This document shows, in pieces, positions 11,249 through 23,020 of a DNA stretch of 64,000 bases. The stretch is from Bdellovibrionales bacterium. GTDB lineage: Bacteria; Bdellovibrionota; Bdellovibrionia; Bdellovibrionales; UBA1609. Position 1 is the first letter of the stretch. The number at the start of each line of letters is the position of its first letter. The stretch covers positions 32,789 through 96,788 of the forward strand of contig JAWKNX010000006.1 of the NCBI GenBank assembly GCA_041391465.1, in the 5' to 3' direction. Under the pieces are notes generated by a model. The model was given only the letters and a program-made list of their open reading frames with translations, had not been told where the DNA came from and searched no databases. Made by a program: the position numbers and the translations under genes.

Positions 11249-12420
11249 TCAGAACGCTCTTTAAGTTTACGTACCGGTTCATTTCCTTACCGACTCAAAA
11301 TCATCACAAAGGATTCCACTTCTTGTTTTGTTGTTCCCCAACCCAAGCTAAGTCGCAGAGACGCTTGCGCCTCATCACGGCTCAGTCCCATGGCCATCAA
11401 TACGGGACCGGGCTCCGGGTTTCCTGAACTGCAGCAGCCCTCAGCTCACGCTGACTCCTTTGAATGTCCAACGCATTAAAAGAGTCTCTCCATCAACTCC
11501 ATAAATGACAATGCTGAGAGTGTTACTCGCCTTGGAGCTTCTGCTCCATTGACCATGACTCCTGAAATGTTGGCTTCAAAATCAGTTCCTGTAAATGATT
11601 GCGAAGTTTTTCCACTCTCTGCGTTGATTCTTCCAATTGGTCCAACTGGTCCACCATATGTGCCAATGACGAGATAGCCAAAATGTTTTCAGTCCCTGCT
11701 CGGCGCCCCCGCTCTTGGCCCCCGCCACAAATTAAACTGGGTAAGTTGTAATCTGACTTTACAAAAGTCACACCACAACCCTGAGGGCATAAAATTTATG
11801 GGCACTGAAACTGGCAAAGTCCACTCCCCACTGATTGAGATTCACTGGTGCTTTACCAAGAGATTGAACAGCATCACAATGAAAAAGCGCTCCTTTGCTA
11901 TGGGCTCTTTCTGCCCAATTCTTTAATCGGAAAAATATTACCCGTTTCATTGTTTGCATACATGATTGAAACGAGTGCTGTATCTTCATTCAACTTTTGC
12001 TCGAAGTCTTGCCAATCAATATGACCACTTCGATGAACTTTAACGGTATTACTTCTGCACCTTGCTCTGCGTGATCGCTTGCATGGATTTTACAACGCTG
12101 GGGTGTTCAACCGCGCTGTACAAATACCGATTGCGCTCTTCAGCCATTAGCAATGATTGCTGCCTTCAAACACTCCTTGATGACTTTGATTATTGCTTTC
12201 GCTTCCACCACTTGTGTGGTAAACCAACTCCAAAGGGTGGCAGGCAAATGCTGTGGCCAAAGAGGTCCGTGCCATCCTTAGGATTTGTTTTGGCCCCTCG
12301 AGAGGCTTGCGAATTGAGGAGGGTTTCAATTGAACAGCCCACCGAGAAATCTGAGAGTACACGCTGTTTGACAATGGAGTCGTTGCATTGTGATCCAAAT
12401 AAATCCTGTTCGAATTTCAT
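11249..12420 (-). pseudogene. cysteine desulfurase (IscS/NifS family), multiply frameshifted
   Basis: Fragments contain (Y)LDHNATTPL, HTSGGSESNN and FSAHKFY (PLP-Lys region). The C-terminal region reads SSGAACSSG...VLMAMGLSRDEAQASLRLSLGWGTT when frames are joined by hand. The gene lies directly upstream of mnmA. Confidence 0.8.
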
Positions 12421-13036
12421 ACAAAAGTCAGTGTATTCTGCATGACGCACTCAGTACCATAATGTAAATGACTTTTCACCCATTTTTCAGAAAATAGAAA
12501 CATTATTGTCGGAGTAAACCTGAAAATCACAGGCCATCCTAGTGGTAAAAAAATTATACATTGGATCAATCCCTTGGTAGAGGTGAGAACTCCCGACGTA
12601 GATACTTAAAATTATTGAAATAATTTAAAGGGCCCTCCCGGCAAACCGATAATTAAATCGCTGAACTTAGAGCAGTTTTGGGCTCTCGTCTTAGGGATCC
12701 AACCTGAACAATTAACCATGGAAACAAAGTTATCCAGGTGACGTCTTTGCAAGTTGGTGCATTAGCGAAGGTCACATTGACGAACACATGTACCTTGAGT
12801 GGGCGAAAGAATATTTTAAAACCGCCCGTTCTCAGCACTGAGTTTTTGAAAACGAATACAATCCGAATTGGTTACAATAATTGAATCTAAGCCATGGAGC
12901 CAGTGGTTCGTACCTGTTGCTCAGTGATAATCATATTTCCTTTTTTGCTATATTGTGCAGAGCCCGCTCAACTCAATCAGGTCTGGCCTCAGAATGTGAC
13001 TTTTATACTGGCACCGCAAAGTAAATTAAACGAGGT

Positions 13037-14185
13037 ATGGAAAAAACATCACGCGAAACAATTTCGAATCCAAAACTGAATTTAGAAAAAGACAGTGAAT
13101 TACAATCGAGTCTTGCAATGATTCTGAACATGAACTGCCAGAGTCACTTGATTTGGACAATATAGAAATCGGAACAGATCTCAGTCAATTTGACTTCAAC
13201 TTACCAAGTGAAATACCAGAAGACTTAAATGCAGACTCAGAAATGGATGAGGAAGACTTGAAGAGCCTTCCATGCCCGAAGGTTAGATCTTGACGACATT
13301 AGTAAAAGCCAATTTTACCTCTGACCGGGCCTTTCTTCTTGATGTATCGGATGAGGCACCTGCAGGCCTGAAGCAGATGCCGAAGACAGTGAAGAGGATG
13401 TTGGTACCGCACCGGCCTCTGAAAGTCTTGAGGATGCGGCAGCACAACTTTCAAGCCCACAAGCTCCTCCGGCCCTCCCAACAGAAGAAGTTCTCAAATT
13501 TACGGCTGGGCAGAGTTCGCCTAGCGAATTAGAATCATCTTTACTTTAAAGTTGCCCATTACGGCGGATACCCGAATCCGCCTCTGAGGAAAATACAAAT
13601 CCAAAAGTTGAACCACTTTTTGGATGATGAATTTCACAACTCTATCATCACTGAAATTACTAAGACTTCAAAAATGAAGTTACGAAAAAGGAGCGGACAA
13701 ATTACTATTCCTAGCCCGGATGAGTTTTCACAGGCGAAACTTTTGAACAAAAACTCGCGTGGTATTTTTACACAGGCATTGGAGTCTTACAACCGTACGA
13801 TGTTATTGACAGCTGAAAATGATCAATATCGCGTCTGGCACTGGGATCATGTGTGGCAAACTCCCCAATCCGAAAAAATGATGGAAATCGACTGCAACGC
13901 CCCTAGTTTGTTTCCGAATCACTTACAGAACTAAAAATCTTTCATGGACCTGTAACTGACAAAGGCCTCAACGCAGAATTTTTTAAAAGTTGGGGATTTG
14001 ATGAAATGCCAGAAGTGGTCACGGCCGTACCAATTGTTGTCGACAGCAAACTAAAATATTTGTGGCTGTGTGTCGGCACCGCTGAAGAAAATCAAGCTGT
14101 TAAATCGTTAAGTGATATGGAAACCATTGCCATGCAGCTCATTGATACTCTACAAAATGAAACCGAAACTGCTGCTGCCGCCTAA
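13037..14185 (+). pseudogene. hypothetical acidic protein, fragmented; C-terminal part possibly GAF-like
   Basis: An ATG at 13037 follows a GAGG. Joined frames give an acidic N-terminal part with LDLDNIEIG / LDLDDISKS repeats. The C-terminal part is ...FHGPVTDKGLNAEFFKSWGFDEMPEVVTAVPIVVDSKLKYLWLCVG...ETETAAAA, with a stop at 14183-14185. The function is not recognised. Confidence 0.3.
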
Positions 14186-14612
14186 CTAATTGTGATTTCC
14201 CTGGCGTTGTCATCAGCAATAGATTTTTTAAAATGGAGACTTGTCTTGGGCCATTGAGATGGGTAATTTTCAATATCAATACGATCGCCCCATTCAACAA
14301 ATATCCACCCTTCTTCGTTCTCAAATAACTCCCAAAACCCGGTACTTCTTAAATCTCCGTCACTTTCTTGCCGGTAGAGATCTACATGGTCAATGTAATG
14401 ATCTTCTCGGTAGAGTAGGAGTTATGGATGGCAAATGTAGGGGACATGACCTCATGGGCACCTAAAATTTCTGTGACAAATTGAACAATAGAGTTTTACC
14501 AGCCCCCATTTCACCACTGAGAAGAATCAGGTGCCTTTTTTATCGAGCTGGGTAACAAATTTTTTTTGCGAACTCTCTGAGCTCGGTTATTTATGCTTAG
14601 TTGTTTCTATTA
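14182..14612 (-). pseudogene. tsaE: tRNA t6A biosynthesis ATPase TsaE, frameshifted
   Basis: My minus-strand translation gives HLILLSGEMGAGKTLL (Walker A), SPTFAIHNSY and HYIDHVDLYRQES...WIFVEWGDRI. One break lies in the T6 run at 14536-14541. The start is uncertain. Confidence 0.7.
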
Positions 14613-16121
14613 AACGATTGCTCCATGTGAGAGTCGAGACATTAATGTGGGCAAATGATCACGCAGATCTGAAGCGGTTAAGCTCCTCCGATCGTGACCA
14701 GACCGCACCCATTCATCAGCCATTCTTCCGTGAATGTAACTAGCAGTAGCTGTTGCTTGTACGGGCTCCACATTTTGAGCTAACAGGCCGGCTATCATTC
14801 CCGTCAGCACATCCCCAGTCCCTGCCTTTGCTAAAGCGGAATTACTGGAGTTGATAACCATCGTACGGTGTTGATAGGCAAGAACACTTCTAAAGCCCTT
14901 TAATAATAGGTGACAGCCTGTCCTTTCACTTCCTAGAAGCGCCGATAGATAACGATCCGCCTCAATCTGTCCCACAGTTTTATCAACATTCTGAGAAAGC
15001 TCTGCTGTGTGGGGAGTCAAAACCCAATGTTTTGGCAATGAAACAAATCATACTTTTACGCAAGTCGAGATGCCATCTGCATCTATCACGACAGGAAAGT
15101 TCTTTTCCTAAGCATTCGAATCAGGCCCGCCGTCTGTTCGGACACTCCCAGTCCCGGCCCCACTGCTACCACAAGATGGGTAAAAGCTATTCCAAAGTTC
15201 TGGATTATCTATGTGAGATGTTAAAATCTCTGAACCTCTTTGAGGTGCTCCATGGGTTTCAAAACTGGCCCAAGTCACATAACCAGCCCCCACGCGATAG
15301 GCACTTGAAGCACACAAAACTCCAGCCCCCACATACCAGGATGTCCGGCAACTACAACGACATGACCATGACTACTTTTATTTGACCTTGCACCTCGTTT
15401 CCTTCTGGCAAATACCTTCTTGCTAGTTTCTCGTTAAAGCAAAAATGAGTGGTGGCGATAGGACCGAAGGGCTTCATGTGGAACCCTATGGGTAAAACTC
15501 TCAATCGACCGACATACATGGGTCCATCAGATACAAAAAAACCAGGTTTAGCTGGGTTCAAAAGTCACAGTCATTGTTGATTTCACTACGGCCTCAACTA
15601 CTCCGCGATTGCAGTCCAATCCAGAAGGGCAATCCAAACTCACAACAGGAACTTTAGAGGAGTTCATCATTTCAATAACAGCTAAAAAACTCACCTCTAC
15701 TTTTCGGACTTAGGCCGATTCCAAAAAGTGCATCAACAATCAATGAAGCCGATTTAATTTGACTCATTTTTTCTGGATGATCTGTCAAATTCACCCATTT
15801 AATCCCCTGGGCCTCCACCCTTACAAATTGCTTTTTAAACAACTCTGAAGCCATGGATTCATTGCTCAGCGTAAAAATTGTAATGTTTCGATGTCCGGCT
15901 GAATAAAGGTGTCGAGCCAATACAAGACCGTCTCCACCATTATTACCGGGCCCACAAATAACCGCGGTCATACCTCTTTTTAATTCAGGAAAGAAAGATT
16001 GATCGACTTCACGTGCGGCGAGAGCCCCAGCAGCTTCCATTAATATTTCACCGGAAAGATCATAATTTTCTATTGATTCGTCTTCAATTTTTCGACATTG
16101 CTCCACCGTCGCTAATCGCAT
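14610..16121 (-). pseudogene. nnr: bifunctional NAD(P)H-hydrate repair enzyme Nnr (epimerase + dehydratase), fragmented
   Basis: The N-terminal YjeF_N fragment 15672-16121 contains AVICGPGNNGGDGLVLARHL. The middle fragment 15108-15332 contains GAGVLCASSAYRVGAGYVT. The C-terminal kinase-fold fragment 14610-15038 contains LAKAGTGDVLTGMIAGLLAQ. Confidence 0.8.
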
Positions 16122-16141
16122 AATTTCCTCGAATTTTGAAT

Positions 16142-17550
16142 TTACCCTAATGCTTTTTGTAAAAACTGTGCAATCTCTTCAGCATGCGACGTGATCATCC
16201 GCTTATCTGGACCCTCTACAAGTATGCGAACCAGAGGCTCCGTGCCCGAATAACGAACAAATAGACGACCACTTGAACCCAATTCCTTTTGGATTTTTTT
16301 ATACAATTCTGAATATCCGTCAATTTCATCAAACTCAACTCTATGACTCACGCGAGTGTTTATCAATACTTGAGGAACGTCTTGCATTTGCGCATTTAAC
16401 TGGGAAAGAGTCTTGCCTGAGCGAAGCATTACTCCGAGTACATTAAGGGCCGCAACACACCCGTCTCCAGTTGTGGAGTGGTCCATAAAAATAATATGAC
16501 CTGACTGCTCACCGCCAATAGAATAAGTGTGTTTACGCATTTCCTCAACGACGTACTTATCACCTACTTTTGTGCGAACCACTTTAATGCCGTTGGCAAC
16601 CATCAGGTTCTCAAGACCAACATTACTCATTTGCGTGGAAACAACAGTGTTGTGGTTTAATCGACCTTCCTCTTTCATAGAGATAGCACAAACAGCCAAA
16701 ATATGATCACCATTCACAATTTCGCCCATTTCATCAACCATGATAACCCGGTCAGCATCTCCATCTAAACTAATCCCAACGTCAGCCCTATATTTTAGCA
16801 CGGCATCTTGTGTGCGACTTGGATATAGGCACCCATACATCGTTAATGTTAAAGCCATTAGGAGCGTTTCCCTAAAACTGTTACCTCTGCACCTAACTCT
16901 TCAAAATGGCGGGTGCCCCGCTTACTTTATATGCAGCTCCGTTGGCACAATCAAAACGACACGTAATCCATCTAATGTAAAGATCTAATGGGAACGAGTT
17001 TTTCGCCATAAAACCACGTACCTTCCAGCCGCATCTTCTATTCTTTTCGTCCGACCAACAGCTGGGCTATCCACAAGTAAGTCATCTAACTTGTCCGCGG
17101 CGACGATTTCTTTAATTTGTTTTTCCATGTCACTGGAAATTTTAAACCCATCCGGTCCAAAGATTTTATCCCATTGTCATGATAGGCATTGTGCGAAGCG
17201 GATATCACAATCCCCGCATCCGCTCGCATATTGCGTGACAAATATCCAATAGAGTGGAGCGGTCCCACTAAAATCACATTTACACCCATGGAGTTCAAGC
17301 CACTCGATAGGGCTTGTTCCAGCATATAACCTGACAAGCGCGTATCTTTACCGATGAGCACCGTTCTTCGGTCATGGGCACGACGACCAGGTTGCTGTCT
17401 CAACAGGTAACCTTAGCTTGCCCCTACTTTTAAAACCGTACCTGGGGTCATCCGGATGTTGATTGGCCGTGCATCGTATACCATCAGTACCAAACAAGCC
17501 TTTGCGTTTGGACGCACTTTTTGCTTCGAATCCGATTTTATTTTTGACAT
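16142..17550 (-). pseudogene. glmM: phosphoglucosamine mutase GlmM, fragmented
   Basis: Fragments carry LFGTDGIRCTANQHP (N-terminus), [15 protein letters not shown] (active-site Ser loop) and an intact C-terminal 238 aa (GISLDGDADR...GGEQSGHIIF...VRYSGTEPLVRILVEG). Confidence 0.85.
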
Positions 17551-17552
17551 AC

Positions 17553-17961
17553 TCACTCCCCACCCTCATTCGATGGATGAACTTCTTTTAAATTAATCTG
17601 CACCCGACTCGGTGATATCAGCACCGCCTTCACACCTAACGGAAGATTAATGGCCTCTTTAGGTATCTTAACTGTGCGACGCCCTGGTTGGAGTTTTTCT
17701 AAATTCAGTGAAATCACTTCGTCACTTTGAGTGAATTTCTTCAATCCCGATCGAGGCCCAGAAAGTTTAACTTTAACAGCACCCCTCACTTTGTTACTGA
17801 TCACATGGGAGGGGTTGGTTAAACTGCAATTCCATTTCATGATTCATAATTAAATCTTTACGACCAAGGTATAGTTACCCATAATGCTAAACTTACAAAG
17901 AGAGCGACGACCTTATAACTACTGTTATGGGAAATAATTTTTTTATATTCACCCAGCTCAT
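17553..17961 (-). pseudogene. YbbR-like (CdaR-type) domain protein, short and frameshifted
   Basis: It sits between cdaA and glmM. The ATG (rc) at 17959-17961 gives MSWVNIKKLF..KVVALFVSLALWV (TM anchor). Fragment 17553-17840 then has beta-rich YbbR-like repeats (VRGAVKVKLSGPRSGL...VKIPKEAINLPLGVKAV). Confidence 0.45.
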
Positions 17962-17968
17962 TACGCGT

Positions 17969-18767
17969 TCACTCTCTCTGGCTGCCGTCTGATTTGAGGC
18001 TAAATGCTTGAGCCAATTTCTTTCGTATAGCTGCAAGATCCACATCGGGGTAAGTTGTCCCCTGAACTATTCCTACAGAGTGTGTTCTTCACTGACAACA
18101 AATACTAGAGCATCAGGTTTCCTCGGTTAACCCAAGGGCTGCCCCGATGTCGTGTCCTAAGTTTTTATCTAAAATGGGGTTTTTACTCAATGGTAAAAAA
18201 CATCCCGCCGTATGAAACCTTCCGCCTTTCACAATGACCGCACCATCATGTAATGGGCTCGCCGATTTGAAAAACCGAAAGTAGCGTTTCGGCTTTGATA
18301 CCCGCATCAATAGTCGTTCCTGTTTCAACAAAATAATCCAGGGTCGATTTCTCGCTCGATGACGTTACCAAACACCAATTCCTCTTTGCGCCAGAGAAAC
18401 GATCCCCTTGGCTAACTCATCAATGATGTGCGCTTCTTCAGCCAGAGACACACCTGAGAAAAATGGATTCGAGCCAATTTGCGCCAACGCCCGCCGGATT
18501 TCACCTTGAAAAATAAAATGACCGTAATTAAAAGAGGTGAAAGAACTTTTCAAGTAACCAATTAAATGATAAGTTCAAGCCAAATACTAGCCAGTGGAAA
18601 TGTGTTTGAAGTCAAATATTATCTCGGAGATTTTACAGCTCCTGAACGCTGGTTAAAATCAAAACAGATAAACAACAACCCAAACCAATAGGATATCAAG
18701 AATATCTTGAGGCCTTAATTGTTCAATGATGATGGTCAAGAGTTATCAGGTTTTGGATAGGTACCAT
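17969..18767 (-). pseudogene. cdaA: diadenylate cyclase CdaA (DisA_N/DAC domain), fragmented
   Basis: Joined minus-strand frames give LRPQDILDILLVWVVVYL (N-terminal TM region), ELAKGIVSLAQRGIG, LHDGAVIVKGGRFHTAGCFLPLS and GAALGLTEETDALVFVVSEE. These are hallmarks of the DAC domain. Confidence 0.75.
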
Positions 18768-18802
18768 TTCCTTTAACTATACAGTCACAGGCCCCGTATT
18801 CC

Positions 18803-20773
18803 CTACAGGATCACTGCCGCCGCTTTTTTGCTTTTTCGCTTCGCTTCTTTTTGCAGCTTCTTCTGTAGTGACCCACCTCTTTTTTCTGCCTCAGCATCTA
18901 GTTTTTCAGTTTCCTTTTTCTTTACATCACAGGCGTCGATGATATCCTGAACTTTCGAGCCTTCCATTAACATATCCACTTCGACTCCATTGATAGTCTC
19001 TAGCTCCAACAAGGCCTTCGACATCTCATGAAGGATATCGACATTTTCCTTCAGGATTGAAACCGCCGTGTCGTGACCATTGTGAATTAACTTATCAATT
19101 TCTTCATCGATTTCGCGACTTTTGTAATCCGATAGTTCTCGACGACTTTGTTGTTGCATACCAAGAAAAACCTGGCCTTCTCTCTTATCGAGAGAAATGG
19201 GGCCTAGCTTATCACTCATTCCCATTCACAGACCATTGATCGTGCCAGTTCTGTCGCCTTTTCAATATCGTTCCCTGCACCGGTCGTGTAATCTTCAAAG
19301 ATTAATTCTTCCGCGGCACGCCCACCAACTTATAAAGGCAATCATGTTAGTTGCTTTACTTTTGGAGTAATTCAACACTTCCTTTTGCGGGAGGGTTTGA
19401 GTAACACCTAAGACCATTCCTCTAGGAATTATAGTCACCTTATATGAACTGGATCTATTCCCGGCAACTTGCGTCCAACAATAGTATGTCCTGCTTCATG
19501 GTAGGCTGTGATCTTTTTGTCCTCATCACTAATAACAGCAGAGCGCCGTTCTGCCCCCATTAGAATTTTATCTTTAGCCATTTTCAAAGTCATGCATTGT
19601 TACTTTATCTTGATCAAAGCGAGCTGCATTCAATGCCGATTCATTCACCAGATTCTCAAGATCAGCACCCGAAAACCGGGAGTTCCTTTAGCGATAACTG
19701 CTAAGTCAACATCTTGGGAAAGCGGAGTTCTTTTTGCGTGAACTCTTAAAATCTGCTCCCGTCCACCGACATCAAGGTCTATTCACCACAACACGGCGGT
19801 CAAATCGGCCTGGCCTCAATAAAGCCGGATCAGAAATCGTCCGGTCTATTGGTGGCGGCAATCAAAATCACACCCTCAGATCCTTCAAACCCATCCATTT
19901 CAACTAAAAGTTGGTTCAAGGTTTGCTCTCTCTCGTCATGGCCACCGCCCATGCCGGCACCACGGTGTCTACCAACAGCGTCGATTTCATCAATAAATAT
20001 AATGCATGGTGCACTTTTTTTACCTTGTTCAAATAGATCTCGAACGCGGCTGGCACCAACGCCCACAAACATTTCAACAAAGTCCGAACCTGATATTGTG
20101 AAAAAAGGTACGCTTGCTTCACCGGCAATGGCTCTTGCAAGGAGAGTTTTCCCAGTTCCCGGCGGTCCAACCAACAATACACCTTTAGAATTCTGCCACC
20201 AAGCCGAGTGAACTTTTTTTGGGTCCTTTAAAAATGCTACGATTTCACGCAAGTCATCTTTTGCTTCTTCAACTCCAGCCACATCTTTGAATGTAACTTT
20301 GTTTTTATTTTCATTGAGCAGCTTGGCTTTAGACTTACCAAAACTTAATACCTTACCACCACCACTTTTGAAGTTGGCGCATGAAAAACATAAACATTCC
20401 AATGATCAAAAGCAGAGGCAGCCAGTTGATAAAAGCCGACAAAAATGAGTTTCGGAATTCATATACTTTGGATAAATCCACTTTACTAACAACCATCTCA
20501 AAACCCTTGTCATCGAGTGTTTCCGTAGATGGTGAATTTAGATCCTTTATAGATTTCTTCAAACTCAGGCTTTACTTCACCTTCGATTTCGCCAGTGCCA
20601 CGATTAAATGTCACTGATTTGATATGGCCATCATCAAGAACTTTCACAAATTTAGGATAATCAAAATTTCTAATAGAGCACTTGTCTTTGTTGTTCGTAA
20701 ACTTGATAAAGCAACATGGCGACAACAAAAAGTATGGCCATAGAGCTACCGTTTTTGTGCTGAACGCATTCAT
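18803..20773 (-). pseudogene. ftsH: ATP-dependent zinc metalloprotease FtsH, fragmented
   Basis: The fragments include the AAA module ([28 protein letters not shown]...[11 protein letters not shown]), a protease region (HEAGH context in my translation of 19240-19830) and the C-terminal tail 18803-19225. Confidence 0.9.
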
Positions 20774-20844
20774 TTCTCTGGCGTAAATGTACATCGTCTT
20801 GCCTTTGTAAGGATATCAACAGATTCATTTGTGAACAACTAAAC

Positions 20845-21853
20845 TCAATAGATATCGGTTGTTGACTTCTCAATAGGAATCGCTCTGATTCGCTTTGCAT
20901 CAATCTGCCAATGGCAATGCAACAGCCTAAAGTTGTGTTCTCCCTGTAAATTGTCAAGGCGCTTGGGACTTCGTTTATATGATTTTGACTGTAATTTTGC
21001 ATTCTTAACTGCCGCATATATACAGCCAATATTCTGTTTTTCCACGGGACTCAACGTTAAAAATTCAGGCAAATCAATTCCATTTTCAGACAAAATGGCT
21101 CGGTCATTTTTGCCTAGCTCCGCTTGACTTTCAGCCAGTAACTCAGAGACAAACCAATCGATCTATGGCTCCAGTTTGGAACCGCTCCAATTGAGGCAAC
21201 CACTGTCTACGAATCAATTGCCTGAAGTGTGTGGACCGATTGGAAGGGTCCGAAAGGTGACCAACGCGCTTCTCTCTCAAGTAGTGTTCAATTTTTCTTT
21301 TCACTAACACTCAAAAGGGGGCGCCATATTCTTTGATCTTCATCGACACTCTTCATACCAACGAGGCCTTGCAGGCCAACGCCACGAATAAGTCGCATAA
21401 GCCGAGTTTCCAATTGGTCAGACAGGTGGTGTGCTGTAAAAGCACATGTTTTGGATTTTTTCCCATGTATTGACGCATGATTTTCTTTCTGAAACCCCGA
21501 AAATCATTTTCGCTATAGAGTGGAAACTCAGGCATAGTGCCGTCCAAACCAAAAATTCCAAAATCGGCAAGGTTGGAAAAAAGGCACTTTAACTTTTCAC
21601 ACTCCGACTTCACCTTACGCCAAGCCATTAATCTAAATAAACTTTGATTGGGTTCACGCCAATTCCAACCATGAAAAACATGAATACGGTTCACATGCAA
21701 TTTAATGGATCCATAACGGAAACCATCAAATGCAAAGGCGCTATAGAGTCTTTCCCACCCGACCACAGCTAGCCAGGCCTCATCAATAGGGTATTCTGAC
21801 GTCCATTGCTTTAAATCTTTGTAAATTTGGTGCTCTAAATGGGTCCATGCCAT
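20845..21853 (-). pseudogene. tilS: tRNA(Ile)-lysidine synthase TilS, frameshifted
   Basis: The PP-loop motif appears only after a -1 shift: ...DEAWLAV then SGGKDSIAPLHLM, read by hand around 21740-21780. Downstream I read LTAHHLSDQLETRLMRLIRGVGLQGLVGM around 21360-21450. It has the usual position directly upstream of ftsH. Confidence 0.7.
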
Positions 21854-22048
21854 AGTGTCTAACAATAAGACATTTGTATATGGGAGGGGCAACCAAATTC
21901 GTCATAACCGGTGGATTTTACATGGTTTTCTCTCAAGTCGCATCTATTGCATTTGAGCCCCATAATTTGGCCTCCACCTTGCTCATTAAAGGGTAGGAGA
22001 TCCAGGTGAAATTTTTAGAGTAAAATTCTAGTCCATTTTGCTCTTTCC

Positions 22049-22759
22049 TTGCTGGTTTTGGACGCCACAATAGCGACCACTGTGAGCACGGAAGGTCTCC
22101 TTAAGCAAGTCGACCGACTTTTAGGTCATCAACGCCAACTGATTATCGACAATGAAAAGCAAATCACCGAGATCATACAAACGGCCCATCAAATGGATCG
22201 TACAGCGGAGCATTCCCTCAATAGTCACCGATTGGAAACACTCGTCGCAAAGAAAGCTCATGCGTGATCAACAAAAATGCTCTGGCCTCGCCCACAAAGT
22301 GAAGCAATCTATAGGGGTCAAGACCCAACCGCATACGTGATTGGTGAAATAAAAAACATGGCACTCAACGAAGCTCTTGCGGATAACGGAGACCCTCATT
22401 TCATAGAAATTTGTCAGGGAGCCGAATTCACTTTGCTTTTAATCGAAGAACAGGATCAAAATCAACTAGCCTATTTAGAGGTTTTTCAAAAAACCTCAAT
22501 TTGGAAGAGGTCCAACCATCAACTCTCCCGTTAAGTGATTACACCAATAAGGAGCGAATCCTATCAGGCCAACGAGGTCTCTCCAGAACAGGCCTCCGAT
22601 GCTGTGGATGATATGAAAATCACGATTATTCCCACACAATCAGTAATTATGCGGCAGCCAATCCTCAACCCTGTTTTAGGCATCAACGAAAAAAATAGTG
22701 TGTCGAGTGAAAAATTAAAAAAATTCGATAAATGTTTTCGTAGAAATAGTGCACCATAG
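22049..22759 (+). other. three same-frame hypothetical ORFs separated only by in-frame stops (TGA 22265-22267, TAA 22532-22534)
   Basis: ORFs 22049-22267, 22277-22534 and 22535-22759 share one reading frame. The third starts with GTG immediately after the TAA. No family is recognised. Confidence 0.3.
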
Positions 22760-23020
22760 ATATAAATAGAAAAAAGCAGGAAAGACTCCAGGCAAAAATC
22801 TTGTGGCAGCATTTCGATATTCAATGCACTGCGAGTATTCGTTAACCCGAATCCAATCACGAGGTTCGGTGATTGTCCGTAATAAAAAGTGACAAGACAA
22901 ACAAAACAAAGACACAGAAAAAAAAGAAGAATTCCGACAGTCATAGTCTGCCTATCGGCAATCCATGACTCAACTTGAGCACTTATGGTCCAGAGTGTTA
23001 GACTTTGAAGGATTTTCTGA

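Noticed and set aside
18803-20773. Interpreting ftsH and the other split essential genes as genuine pseudogenes indicating genome decay.
   Set aside because: Simultaneous loss of ftsH, glmM, tilS and mnmA is biologically implausible. The fragments remain collinear and full-length, and the breaks I resolved fall in homopolymer runs. Sequence error is the more economical explanation, pending read-level checks.
21353-21892. A long 179-aa ORF that looks like an intact hypothetical gene.
   Set aside because: It is a chimeric reading of tilS. The PP-loop SGGKDS and the LTAHHLSDQLETRLMRL motif appear in neighbouring frames over the same DNA, so the long ORF is mostly an out-of-frame by-product of indels.
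22564-22944. A 126-aa minus-strand hydrophobic ORF.
   Set aside because: Its 3' two-thirds overlap the + strand ORF 22535-22759, and neither has recognisable features. I could not decide which, if either, is real, so it is not listed as a feature.
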